DNA of 64,000 nt, from NCBI RefSeq assembly GCF_006345805.1, contig NC_043009.1, positions 20,584,001-20,648,000 on the forward strand. The letters are read 5' to 3'. Positions 13,800-28,379 of this stretch are shown here, one piece after another. A program made the translations under genes and the position numbers. Within the stretch, counting starts at the first letter, position 1. Each line of letters begins with the position of its first letter. Below the pieces are notes generated by a model. That model saw nothing but the letters and a program-made list of their open reading frames with translations. It was not told the origin of the DNA and searched no databases. This stretch comes from Octopus sinensis (Eukaryota).

Positions 13800-14010
13800 C
13801 ACAACATTAACTGATGCTTTGTTGACAGGGAAGGTCAACGAACATCACCGATCTTTTTCAGCCATGCTGGTAGTTGAGTGCTGATATTTCCAACTGCACC
13901 AATTACCATTGGTATCACATCTACTCTCCTCATTGACCACATCCTTCATATTTCCCCACTTCAGATCATCATAATTGTTTTTTTTTTTCTTCTTCCTCAT
14001 TGTTCCTGTT
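13800..14010 (-). mobile_element. R4/Dong-type LINE 3' end fragment
   Basis: Minus frame RMWSMRRVDVIPMVIGAVGNISTQLPAWLKKIG matches the C-terminus of the other R4/Dong copies in the window. Confidence 0.65.
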
Positions 14011-14199
14011 GTTATGGGGACACATATCATGCCTTAAATAATCCCTCAACTATTGCAGGTGTCACAATCCAAAAAACCCCATGATAGGGAAAAATCCAGG
14101 AAGTAGAAACAGTACTGTACTGTATATTTTTTAAATTATTTCTATAATTTTTATATATTTATTTTATTATAAATGCAAAACAACACCACAGAGGAATCG

Positions 14200-15050
14200 A
14201 TGTAAGCTTAAATAATCAACAACGATAAGTGAGATAAGCTATCACCCTGGAAAATCCCTCTTCTGATACCCAGGATGTCCAGGCTTTTTCCATAAGATGT
14301 TACTTCAGTTTTCCACCCCACCATACTTCTCTTCAGTAAACACATTACATTCCCCACAATTCCAAACAGGTCTAAGCACTCAATAATCCATGAATGTGGC
14401 ATCGTATCATAAGCTTTGCAATAGTCAATCCAGGCCATTCCTAAATTTGTTCTCCTTCGTTTACAACTTTGCATTACCATTTTGTCCATCAATAATTGAT
14501 CTTTGGTACCTCTACATCTCCTTCTATAGCCTTTTTATTCTGTCAGTAATATATCATTCTCATCAAGAAATTTGTACAGTTCTTCTGCAATTCTTCCAGA
14601 CACTAACTTCCACATGAATGGGAGGCAAGAAATTGGCCTGTAATTGTCAGCAGCATTTTCTTTTGATGCCTCCTTCGGGCACAACGCCATTTGTCCTGGA
14701 TTTCTTCTTCTCCATTGGTTCATGCATTCAATTGCTCTGTGATCAATTTATGGCAACTACTGAAATTTTTTTTATCCCCAATCCCTGTACCCCATCAGGT
14801 CCTACAGCTTTCCTATTGCTCATCTTTTTACTTCCTCTTGCTGTGGATTATAAGCTATTGGCTTCAAGCTGTAGAGCCATTCAGCTGTAGGATTATGATG
14901 TTCTTGCTTAATCCATATCTTACCCCAGAAATGTCGACTTTCATCAACATCAGGGACTAATCTTTCATGATTTTTTATCATCATTAATCTCTTGATAAAA
15001 TACTTTTTGGTCGGTTCTGAACAATTATTATTATCATTGCTTTCTCTTAA
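14200..15050 (-). mobile_element. R4/Dong-type LINE reverse transcriptase fragment
   Basis: [20 protein letters not shown] (ORF 14208-14492) and [14 protein letters not shown] (ORF 14535-14723). Confidence 0.9.
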
Positions 15051-15059
15051 TCACAGATT

Positions 15060-15560
15060 CTGTTGGAGCTCCCAGTGTCTTGCATGCCCTGTTGGCTTAC
15101 TACCTGCAGCCTACAATACCATGCTATCTGTTCTTTTCAACTCTCTAATACTTTCCTGATTATTCTCACTATGCCAAGGAGAGAAAACTTTTGTAACAGT
15201 CCTTCTGGGCATGCTATTCCAATTTCCTTTATATTCCCCTTGATGCCTTCTGATACTGTCCCTGAGGACCCAACAATAATTGGCACTATCTTCACCTTCT
15301 TCATTTTCCATAGCCAGGCTATTTCGTACTTAAGAGGGTTATATCTACTTATCTTTTTGCTTTCTTTCTTGATTGTTCATGGGTCAAAGAGGCATTCAAC
15401 ATCAACTATATAGCACATGTGGTGCACCTTGTCCACCACCACTAGGGCCGGTCTCTTGTGTTCTAGCACCTGAATTGTTTGGATTGGGAAATCCCAGAGG
15501 GTTTTGATAGTCTCTGACTATGCCACTCTCTTGCTTCCCTCTAGTCCTCACCTGTCTTGT
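15060..15560 (-). mobile_element. R4/Dong-type LINE 3' end (restriction-like endonuclease region)
   Basis: Near-identical to 60590-61030 in reverse orientation; frame WKMKKVKIVPIIVGSLGTVSEG...KVL. Confidence 0.85.
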
Positions 15561-15741
15561 CACACACACACACATTGATATGTGTACATATTTATATATT
15601 TTTATACAATTACATATATGTAAATACATACATGTATGTATGTATCCTTTTCATATATATACATTTAAGTATATGTACCAATTTACATAAAAACATATAT
15701 ATATATATATATATATACATACTTAAAAAGCTGTTGGTTAT

Positions 15742-16400
15742 GGCCGGTCAGAGAGTTACCATTGGTTTCACACCTATAAAGTTCTTAGTGGTACAGGTGA
15801 CTTGTTAGACTTGTTGGCCGGAAGCACATCACTTTCTACAAGTGGACGCAGGAGAAGATTGTAAACCAAAAATCCCAAAACGAAATTCTACTGTTCAACT
15901 TCTGGGTGGGACAGAGTTATCTCCTTTACATCAGTTCCAGTTGCTTCTGAAAAGGGGCAGCATATGTCCATATGTTACTTTTCACTAGTGGGCAAGTGGG
16001 GAATTCTATGTTTTTAATACAAATTTCCTATGATAAGGGCACCAACTAAAAATCTCTTTTTTGTAGTTTAAGAAGGTCCCCAAGCAATTTCTTCAGGATT
16101 TTTGTCTTCTTACACAAACAAAATTTACATGATTTGTTCCTGTTAAGGTACGTCCAGGTTGTTCTAGGAGCTTCTAATTAATTATGCATGGCATACCTTC
16201 CACTTTTAAACATCATACATAGCTGGCTAAGGATGTGATGTTGTGCCTCTCTGGGACCCTAAAAGAGGACCTGTGATTATTAAAACACTGCTTGGAGGGA
16301 TCTTCTGTAGCACCAACATATTTCCATGTCTGTGTCCTTTTACTGGTGGTATTGCAGATGTCATTGTTGCTGCCATTATTGATGTCATTGCTGTTATTAC
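15742..16400 (-). mobile_element. Penelope-like element 3' end: GIY-YIG C-terminus, 3' UTR and decayed hammerhead
   Basis: Minus frames KYVGATEDPSKQCFNNHRSSFR...TSLASYV*CLK and SCKFCLCKKTKIL...KEIFSWCPYHRKF* (to ~16020). Hammerhead-like remnant at 15742-15819. Abuts (TA)n. Confidence 0.8.
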
Positions 16401-17394
16401 TGCTGGGTACATTGCTGCTGTTGCTGCTGGTGTTGCAACTTTTATTGCTGAATTAAATGTTGATGTTGAATGCATTACTGCTGTTGCTGCTGCTGCTGTA
16501 TCACTATTGCGGGTGTTGTTGCCAATACTACCAGACATGCTGTTGCTGCCACCACTGCTGCAGTTGTCGTTGCTGCTGGACACCACCTCAGCCTTGTATA
16601 CCACGGCCTCAGAGTTGCATCGATCCCCCCTGCCCCCACTTGGCACTCATTGCTAACTTTGCATGAGCACCTTGCCTCTGTGGGAGGTTTAGGGGTGTTC
16701 ACTAATATTTTTTTAACACTAGGCACTCAGATGAAAGAGACCCTTAAGTTGTATCTGTGGAAATTCTATCTGTCTGATTGTGCCTATGAGTCTAAGGAAC
16801 ATCTTTCACGGGTAGATCTTGACACTGAGTGAGAAGCGGGGCGAGATTAGATGACTTTACAACGGTGATTTCTTTTATATGTGTTAGGACCCAGCATATA
16901 GGCAATGTGGTTTTATATATATATATATATGTATGTATGTATGTATGTAAGACAGAGAGTAAGTGAGAATGGATGTGTGTGTGTGTATGTGTGTGAGAAA
17001 CAAAACTGCAATGACTTATAAAGGTGTTTTTCACTGAGCAAAGTACTTCAAGAGAAAAACATCAATGAATATGTTTATTTGTAATCATTCATATCAAACT
17101 TATGTATAAACTTAAAAAAAAAAAACCTTGTTACTCATTATTTTAACCTGGATACACACCTCTTACCTGCTCCTGATATATTTGTAGTGAATGTTTTGCG
17201 TGAGGTTATTGCCCTACACCTATCAGAGAAGGGGAGATGAGGGGGGGGTAAAAGGAAGTAAAGCGAGGAAGAAAAGGAATCAACTGAGACTTTTGAAGAA
17301 TCCGTGCTAAATGGATAGTTTTTGGAATCATCAGAACCTCGCTCTTTCTCTCACTTACCCTCTCTCACTCACCTTTCACCTTTACTCTTGCTTT

Positions 17395-17652
17395 CTGTCT
17401 ATTTACCTATCTATCTATCCACCTATCTATCTACCTATCTATCTGTCCATCTATCTATCTACCTATCTAACTATCTACCTATCTGTCTACCTATCTATCA
17501 ATCTGTCCATCTATCTATCCACCTATCTATCTACCTATCTGTCCATCTATCTATCTACCTATCTCTCTACCTATCTGTCCATCTACCTACCTATCTATCT
17601 ATCTATCTATCTATCCACCTATCTATCTATCTATTTATCTACCTATCTATCA
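17395..17652. repeat. (CTAT)n / (CTAC)n tetranucleotide microsatellite
   Basis: Direct reading; source of the YLSI-repeat ORFs. Confidence 0.95.
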
Positions 17653-18298
17653 ATCCCCATTTCTACATTACCATTCTGCTCAGCCTCACTATATGGACCT
17701 CAGCCATGCTTTACACTTGCATCCAATCTGGCCATTGTTTTCTCACAATGAAAAAATATGTCACCATTGAAGTATATAAGACATTAAAACAACTGTTGCT
17801 AGAAGGAACTTACATGCAAACATACATATGTCTATATACATATGTGCGCGTGCACAAACACACATTGTTGATGCATTTTCTAGCTATATGTAATTCTTTA
17901 CTGCTGCTGCAGTGCCTAAAGACAAGAACTTACCAAATATTTTCTTATTTGCTGAGTTCTTAAACTGCTACCTCTCTCTTCCTCTCACTCACCCCATAAA
18001 CTTTATACTACACACACACGTGTGTGTGAGTGTGTGTGTGTGTATGCATGAGTGTTTGCATGTATATGTGTGTATGTATATGCACATATGCATGCATGCA
18101 TGTATGTATGTATGTATGCATGCAGGTATGTATGTATAAATTGATGTGTATGTATATGTATGTGTGTATGTATATCCAAATATTCTTTATCTTTATTTTT
18201 AAGAAAAATAAGGTTACAAAAATTTAGAAAGAAGAATAAAAAAAGAAAATAAGGAACAAAGAAAAGATAATAAAAATATGAGAAAAACGAAGAATTGA

Positions 18299-18625
18299 AG
18301 TGAGTGCATATAAAAAGTACTGAGTGTATATGAAAAGTAGTGAGTGTATATAAAAAGGAGTGAGCATATACGAAAAGTAGTGAGTGTGTATATAAAAAGT
18401 TGTGACCGTATACGAAAAATAGTAAGTATATATAAAATGTAGTGTGCATGTATGCAAAGCAGTGAATGTATATAAAAAAAAGTAGCGAGTGTATATAAAA
18501 AGAAGTGAGTATATATAAAATGTAGAGTGTATATATGAAATGCAGTGAGTGCATATAAAAAGCAGTGAGGGTATATAGAAAGTAGTGTGTGTATATGTAG
18601 TGCCAGAGTATATATGAGAAGCAGT
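18299..18625. repeat. Imperfect ~20-22-bp minisatellite (tgagtgtatataaaaagtag), about 15 units
   Basis: Direct reading of the periodic units. Confidence 0.8.
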
Positions 18626-19929
18626 GTTTCGTTGGTTATTTGCAGTTGAGTGTGGTATCTGGGTCAACCATCAGCTGTTTCTCCAACTCAATCTAGATCA
18701 ACGACTTCCCACTACCCAACAACAAACAATTCACTACTGAAGCAGTAGATTATTACTATTATTATTATTGTTGCTGTTATCTTAATTATATATACATGTA
18801 TATGTACGTTCGTATACACACATATACAGGCCATTATCAGACACGCACCCACAGACATTATTCAAGTATTGTCAAGACGGAGTTTAACCATTTGCTTGCC
18901 GGAGATGTTATGTAACTTCGCTCATGTCTTTATTACTCTCAACATTCGAGTTGGATTTGATTAATTCTTCTTAATTACCAGCTGTTGGTTGTGAATTATT
19001 AAATCTCACCGAATTCATTAATTAAAACCGTCCTTTTCACTGTTGATTACAGGTTGGTTTCAAATCTTTTATTGTAAAATTCACAAAATCTTATTAACGC
19101 TTATTTTTGACGATTCTTGTTGATATTATTAGATATATCATCATCATTATTGTTGTTGCTGTTGTTGTTGTTGTTGTTGATGATGATGATGATGATGATG
19201 ACGATGTAGGGGTGACAAAAGTAGAGAAGTTGTTAGATAAAACGATAGTCTCTGGTGGAGAAACCTAGATTTTCGTTTCACCATTCAGTAAAAGAAAAAC
19301 ACAGCTGCCCCACCCCGCCGACCTCAGTAGAAAACAACTTCAATCCCTTATTAAAGGGCAGGAACCACTACGTGGTAACTTGATCCGTTAAACATAGCAG
19401 ACAAATGCCCCTCAAATCTCAACCGACCGTCATAGAAAAGGATGTGTTGGGTATAATGTGGTCCAAGGTTGCCAGCACATAGGAAGAAGGACGGGGTGGT
19501 CCTAAATGGAATGTTTTTGATCATAGGTCTGCCCGATCGAAACTGACCTGGGGCTAAACAACTTAGTTTCTTCTTTTGGTTCCTGACATTTTTCTTTTTC
19601 TCCTACTTTCCCTTAATTCTCTTTTATAAATGGAATTTCCAGTAGACATGTAATCACGAGCTGTTGATTACCCCTGGCATTAACACACGTAAATTAGTGG
19701 TATATTTCTGGACTGACATATATATTTATTTTTCTGGATTGATATCATATTTTCTTATTAATCTTCGATATCATTCCTCTCTCTCTTCCTTCAATGTTTG
19801 CTTAATATTATTCACAGTTTCCACCGTCGTTATTCGAAGTTTCGTGTTATATACAAACCTGATATTCTGTATTACAACTCCACGATGAGTATTGAGTCCT
19901 TCTCCCACTACCCTTTGTAAAATCAAACG

Positions 19930-20044
<115 letters not shown>

Positions 20045-20855
20045 TACACACACACACACACACATAGATACAGTCTTGTTTGTGTGTTTGACAAGATTCA
20101 CCAGGGTGTATACAAATATACAACGTAAAAGATGGATTGTGTCAGATATCAATCAGACTTTGCTGCCCGTTAAAAATGCTCCTCAGATTGGTTCCTTTTA
20201 ACTGCTTTCACCTGTAAATGTCGCTATTAACTGGACATTAAATTAATTAAATTCTGGTGAATTTCACGAATTTCTTCTCCTACACTTACAGCTGTTATTT
20301 GGCCTTCACCTTTCCATCAGAATTCGATCTCTTCAATTAAACCTGCTGAAATATCCTTTAGATTTAACCTTAATCCCTTCGTTAATTTCACGCAATCAGC
20401 CAACCCGACCCCGGAACATCTCAGTTTTACCTGTGGTGATTGTCTTTTATTTAAGGAAACTAAAGTCGAGATATTTTAGAAACAATGCAACAATGGAGTT
20501 GTGTGTTGACAGACCCAATAAGAAATCTTGCGAACCAGATACGAAAACGAACAAAGAAGAAATGTTTTCTAAAATGTAATCGTTGAAGTAATTAGCTTAT
20601 TAGAATTGGTTCATTTTGGTTTTATTGAGCAGATGTCAGTATTATGGTGTTTTATGGGGTCATCTGAGATTGTTTTTACTCCCTTAATTGTCAATCTAAA
20701 ATAACATCTAAAAAGGCCTCTGAAACATGCAACTCCCTTACATAGATACGCATATAAATGCATCATCTATGCATGTATATATACATGCATTATATACTAC
20801 ATATACACACACAAAAATATATATACGCACACATTCATATATATATATATAATGC

Positions 20856-20899
<44 letters not shown>

Positions 20900-22608
20900 A
20901 CATGTATGTGTAAGTGTGTGTGATTGTTTTTAGCAAATAATTATAAAATTGATTCATTAAAAATTATTGATGTTAAAAAAAACTGCGATAGATTAAAATA
21001 ATGAAGGAATTCAATTGTTAATCATTCTGTTGTAATAATAGTTTTTGCTGCTGCTCTGTGGAAATGGTGGCAGGTTTTTCACCGACTTTTTTTTTCTCTC
21101 TCTCTTAGAGTGAATCTGATACTTGCTATTCGCTGACAACACACACAAATTGCAAAACATTCACATCTATCTATTTATTTATCTATCTGTCTGTCTGTCT
21201 GTATATATATATATAGTGTGTGTGTGTGTGTGTATACTGATATGTGTGTGTATATCCACCTATTGTATATATATATATCTACACATTATTTCTGTCACGT
21301 AGTCATTTTTATTTCCCTAATTCACAAATATTTGATCGAATTAGCACAAATCTTCTCAAGACGATAATCTTTCACCCCCCCCCCCTCATTCCTCTTTGGT
21401 TTCGCTGTTCTTATCAAAATGTCAGGAACTAATGTTTAATCATTTTTGTTCTCATCGAATCATTCCGATTTCTGAGCCAAAGAATTGTTAGTGCCAGAAA
21501 TTAAATAAATGGTCGCCACCCCAACAACTCGGAATCAAAACAGAGAAACTCACAAACCAACAGGAAAACAAGGATCCAGACTAATCCATTAAATAATATT
21601 TTCGCAATTAAAACAGCCACTAACCTGTTTTCTTTTATTTTGTTCTTTTTCAGTTAATCGTAAAAAAGCTTTTTAATTTTAAATGGTTTACTTTTAAAAA
21701 TATATTTTGTGTAATTAAGTGTTCAGGTTCGATTGGTAAACACCAAATATCGATTAATGATTATCAATCAATAGTGGTCGTTGCCAAAATTTGTTTTACC
21801 GTTTTATTTTCCATATTGTTTAGCCTCAAATCAACCCACATAGAACAGATCAATGTTCAAAGGCGCTCCAGCCGTGACCATCTCATCTTTGTACATATCA
21901 GAGACTATACGTCCAACCTATCATTCGAGGGGGGATTGGCTGCTATTTCTGGCTCGTCATTTCGTTTTGGTTCTGTATATATGTCTGATTCCATTCATGA
22001 CTGTCCTGTCTGTTTTTGGATATCTGGGAATGTATTATCCAATATAGACTTCCATTTATTTAAAATATGGTACGAAGTCTTCTGTTGTAATTTTCTTCGC
22101 GTTTTGTGTACATTATAGATATGTGATTAGTATTTTATTCCATCAATTCCCGGAAGCATGACATGCAAAATTAGCTCGGTGCGGTTCGAAATCAGAACTT
22201 AAAGGGCCAAACTAAATACCACAAGTATTTTGTCAAACCATTTCAGTAACGAAAGGAGATTTGGCTGCTATTTCTGCCAGCAGACACCTTGTCAGCCTTC
22301 TCTCGTTGATCTCTCATAAGATCTTCTACTTCAGTGTTGCTGGCTTTGTTTACCATCGCCCTTCTCCATCCTCTTTCGCATCAAACAATAAAACCGTGTT
22401 TTCGTTTGCATTTCACATTCTAAATATTATTGACAAATAGATTTGTTTATTCGAAGTAAGTGTTAAATTTGGAAGATTCACACAGATTGTACAGTTTTCG
22501 AGTTCAGTGACGTGTGAGTGAGCGGAGTAGATGAAACAAGATACTCCTCGTCAATGGATGTTATTGTGTGTGTGAGTGTAATATACACTCAAATAAATAA
22601 ATACATGT

Positions 22609-22673
<65 letters not shown>

Positions 22674-23334
22674 CGCACAAATGCATTGATATATTGGAGT
22701 TTACAAACGGAGAAAAAGTACTCAATACATATAGTAGAGTATACATATTTTATTTGAAGGTAAAACTTCTTGAAGCGTTACTCTGAGTTTCACGTTTCCG
22801 ATTGTTCAAACGATTGATGTAAATAAAATCGTTTGAACGTAATCTGATAAAATTATGTGCGATTTAGTTTGTTTTGCAAGATTATTGATGTGACTATGTG
22901 TGTTGGAACATGTTGATATTCATTGGGTGGGTCATTTTATCTTTAAGAAACACACGCACTAGTTCTTTTTCATTCTGTTTTTGATATAATTAGCCAACTA
23001 ATGACTCCCAAAATGCAACACACACACATATTGTGTGTGTATGTTATATTGAACTTAGATGATTTTCAACACTACATATATTTTGTTCTTATTTCAAAGT
23101 TATGATGTTAAGGCCTATATGCCCTTCCTCCTGAACAAACCAAAGGAAAATAATGCAGTATTTGTGAGTGAAGGGACAAACCCATTGCCATGATAGTCTT
23201 ATAGATTCTCTGTCGCTGTTATTCCTAATTTGGCTGTAAAACATCTCTCCCCGCTTTCTCCCTGATTCTCTACTATTATCACTTTTGTAACCACATAGTC
23301 TATTTTGTTTTATTATTATTATTACAAGAGGATA

Positions 23335-23530
23335 GACTGACAGAATTGTTATGCGTCGGAGAAAATACTTTACTATATTCCTTCCAGCTCTTCACGTTCT
23401 GAGTTCAAATTCAGCCAAGATCAACATGAACTTTTGGTGTCAATGAAGTACCAGTCATGTTGTAAGGTCGATAGTATTGCCTAATCCTCGACCTACAAAT
23501 TTCTGGTCTTCTGCCCATGTTAGAAACAGT
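23335..23530 (+). mobile_element. tRNA-derived SINE, degraded (family of 56366-56597)
   Basis: ttctgagttcaaattc...gatc/gtc aac...gtaccagt core. Confidence 0.6.
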
Positions 23531-23753
23531 AATCATTAATGCTTTATTTTGCTACTTTCTTCATTTCATTTAACAAACAGACATTTTGCACATTGATGCT
23601 AATGATTCCATATCTATCTCTTTCTGTCTGCTGTCTGTCTGTATATGAGTGTGTGTGCATATAGACAGATACATGCATACATATATACATGTGTGTGTGT
23701 GTGTGTGTAAACATGAGTATAGAGTGTTATAGAACAATCAATTTCACACAGGA

Positions 23754-23898
23754 CATTAGGTAATCAGACGATTATCTAATAACTGCACTCCTCAGAGATG
23801 GCCACTATGGAAAATATGGCAACATTGCTCCCATTTCTTTTCCATACCCACCAACTCTGAAGAGAGCAGTTATTAGAGAACTGTTTGATTACCTAATG
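23754..23898. repeat. 145-bp near-palindromic hairpin (MITE-like or structured RNA)
   Basis: Arms cattaggtaatca..tctaataactgc..ctcagag / ctctgaa..gcagttattaga..tgattacctaatg; inner tatggaaaa/ttttccata. Confidence 0.8.
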
Positions 23899-24664
23899 AT
23901 CTGTATGAAACCAAATGGTGAGATCTGCCGTAATAGATCAATGATACTGAATACCTAGATCTTAGGTTAATGTGTGTGTATGTTTGGAGTCCTGATGGTG
24001 GTTACATCTAAGGGAGATAAGTATATACATACATATGTTTGTTTAGATATAGTTATATATATACAGATACATAAATTTAAGTCACAATATATGGATTCAA
24101 CTAATCCGGGGGTACTCATTCTACAAAACATATAGAAAATATGGTACAATACATGGGAAAACTAAAAGGAGTGAATATTTTAAATCAATACAGACATTAA
24201 GCTACCTTATCAGGTGAGAGAGACGGTTTGGTTATACTGATGATGACATGTACATAATTTATTTATTATAAAATGTAATAAAATAAATTATCTTTGCATA
24301 CTTTAAGTTATGAAACAGCTGTTGTGATATAAGAATTTTCCAATGGTTAAAATAATTTCATTATACTATTTCTCTCGTCATTTATAACATTACATACATG
24401 CATGCATGCATGCATACATGCATACATACATACATACATACATACATTTTCCATGCAGGTACTTGATTTTATGCGACCGCTTCCATGCATTATGAAGTCT
24501 AGTTGTGTTTACTCAGAATATTTTTTAAAATTGTCTCCATAAGTTCAAATTCTTGCCTTCAGGAACACCCTCTCTGTCTGTCGTGGCCTGAATTTAGAAT
24601 ATATATACATATATATAGAGATAGAATTTACTTGGAAATGGATGCGTGGTGTTCAATCATATTA

Positions 24665-24740
24665 TAATATAAATAATATATATATACATATATATATATA
24701 CATATATATACATATATATATATACATATATATATATATG

Positions 24741-24819
<79 letters not shown>

Positions 24820-25008
24820 GTATATATATATATGTGTATATATATGTATATATATATGTGTATATATATGTATATATATATATGTATGTATATATATATA
24901 TATGTATATATATATGTATATATATATATATGTGTATATATATATATGTATATATATGTATATATATATATATATGTGTATATATATATATGTATATATA
25001 TATATGTA
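24665..25008. repeat. (TA)n/(TATG) microsatellite array
   Basis: Direct reading. Confidence 0.95.
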
Positions 25009-25009
25009 T

Positions 25010-26099
25010 GAGAAATGTTGTACCTAAGAAGCATCAGTTGTGGTGTGCAAGAGAGACGATTGCGCTGGTATGGTCATGTGGCGAGAATGGATGAAGATAG
25101 GTGTGTGAGAAAGTGCCAATCCCTAGCAGTTGAGGGAACCCGTGGAAGAGGTAGACCCAGGAAAACCTGGGACGAGGTGGTGAAGCACGACCTTCGAACT
25201 TTAGGCCTCACTGAGGAAATGACCAGAGACCGAGACCTTTGGAAATATTCTGTATGTGAGAAGACCAGGCAGGACAAGTGAGCCCAGCCCACTTATGAAT
25301 GCCTTTCCTCCCTTGGACACAAAGACCGGTTGAGGCAAGCGAAGTCGATATAGAACCTCATCCGACGACAGACACCCATCCCAACCCCCATGCTTGCGAA
25401 GACATGTTGGGGCAAGCGAAATCGAAATCGAAACCGAATTGAACCAGCCAGGGTCCCTGGCCTGGTGGTACGTAAAAAGCACTATCCGACTCGGGGCCGT
25501 GGCACGTAAAATACTCCAATGCGACCGTACGACAGGCACCCATGCCAACCCCCTTTGCTTGTGAAGACATGTTGGGGCAAGCGAAATCGAAATCGAATTG
25601 AACCAGCCAGGATCCCTGGTCTGGTGGTACGTAAAAAGCACTATCCGACTCGTGGCCGTGGCACGTAAAATACTCCAATGCGACCGTACGACAGGCACCC
25701 TTGCCAACCCCCTTTGCTTGTGAAGACATGTTGGGGCAAGCGAAATCGAAATCGAATTGAACCAGCCAGGATCCCTGGTCTGGTGGTACGTAAAAAGCAC
25801 TATCCGACTCGTGGCCGATGCCAGCACCGCCTCGACTGGCTTCCGTGCCGGTGGCACATAAAATACACCAATCTGACCGTGGCCGTTGCCAGCCCCGCCT
25901 GGCACCTGTGCAGGTGGCACGTAAAAGCACCCACTACACTCACGGAGTGGTTGGCGTTAGGAAGGGCATCCAGCTGTAGAAACATTGCCAAATTAGACTG
26001 GAGCCTGGTGCAGCCTTCTGGCTTCCCAGAACCCCGGTCGAACCGTCCAACCCATGCTAGCATGGAGAACGGACGTTAAACGACGATGATGATGATGAT

Positions 26100-26100
<1 letters not shown>
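25010..26100 (+). mobile_element. 5'-truncated RTE LINE: ORF end, 3' UTR with ~159-bp tandem repeat, (GAT)n tail
   Basis: [20 protein letters not shown]...RGRGRPRKTWDEVV (ORF to 25281); repeat units anchored at 25412, 25577 and 25736; CpG-rich, so probably young. Confidence 0.92.
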
Positions 26101-27400
<1,300 letters not shown>

Positions 27401-28214
27401 AAAAACTTATAAAAATTATAAAATCCGAGGAAAAAACTTTACATTGAATAAAATACATATTGACGTTAATGAAGAAAGTGCAAATTAATGCATAGAATTA
27501 AACCTGTTATAAATATTACACTGCAATACTATTTATATTAAAATCTACATATATATATCAACATACACAAAAATTATGCGTGCAAACGTCATACATATAC
27601 AGACGTATGAAATAAATCTAAATATACAACTAAAAGCATGTGTACATATATTTCACGCAAAACCATCTCGCACGCAAGTTAAAAGATCTATGTAGCGATT
27701 CTCATATACTGAGTAAGGGGGGAACGAAAGAAAGGGAGAGAGAGAAAAAGGAATGAAGGAGGTGTGGGGAAAAAAACGAAATAAGAAAAAATTATGTATA
27801 CAAGCAGTGTAACGGCATTATGGCATATATAGAGACAAGTATACATACATAAGTTTGAATGGATACAGTCGTGTATATGTGTGCTTAAGCACAAACATAC
27901 TTTCACTTACACATACACAGATACGCATGCTTACAAATACATATGCTTTGCTATGCACATACTTATATCAACATTCTAATTTTGACAACATTGCTTTTTT
28001 TTAAAAAAAACATTGCTTTTTTTTTAAAAAAAAAATTGGTGCATTAATAAAAATATATACGAAAGACATATAAAATAAAATATAACATCCTATTTTGGGT
28101 CATTTATAAATAATTAAGGTAATATAAATAATCAAGGTAATCCTATATAATACAATAACATGAAAACAAAAGTTGGAGGTTTTTCCTAATATATATGTGG
28201 TGGCACATAAAATC

Positions 28215-28367
28215 ACCCACTACACTCTCGGAGGGCATCCAGCTGTAGAAACACTGCCAGATCTGACTGGCCTGGTGCAGCCTTCGGGCTTGCCAGACCC
28301 CAGTTGAACCATCCAACCCATGCTAGCATGGAAAGCGGACGTTAAACGATGATGATGATGATGATGA
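28215..28367 (+). mobile_element. RTE 3' tail copy
   Basis: gggcatccagctgtagaaac...ccaacccatgctagcatgga...(GAT)n. Confidence 0.8.
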
Positions 28368-28379
28368 TATGTAGAAATA

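Noticed and set aside
16227-16832. Overlapping 120-139-aa ORFs on both strands
   Set aside because: Degenerate GCT/GTT trinucleotide tract with no stops by composition; the downstream part is out-of-frame PLE endonuclease.
17311-18667. ORFs of 146-213 aa
   Set aside because: (CTAT)n and 20-bp minisatellite translations.
25201-26079. 239-, 190- and 133-aa ORFs with internal repeats
   Set aside because: Arise from the GC-richer tandem repeat in the RTE 3' UTR; no protein motif.
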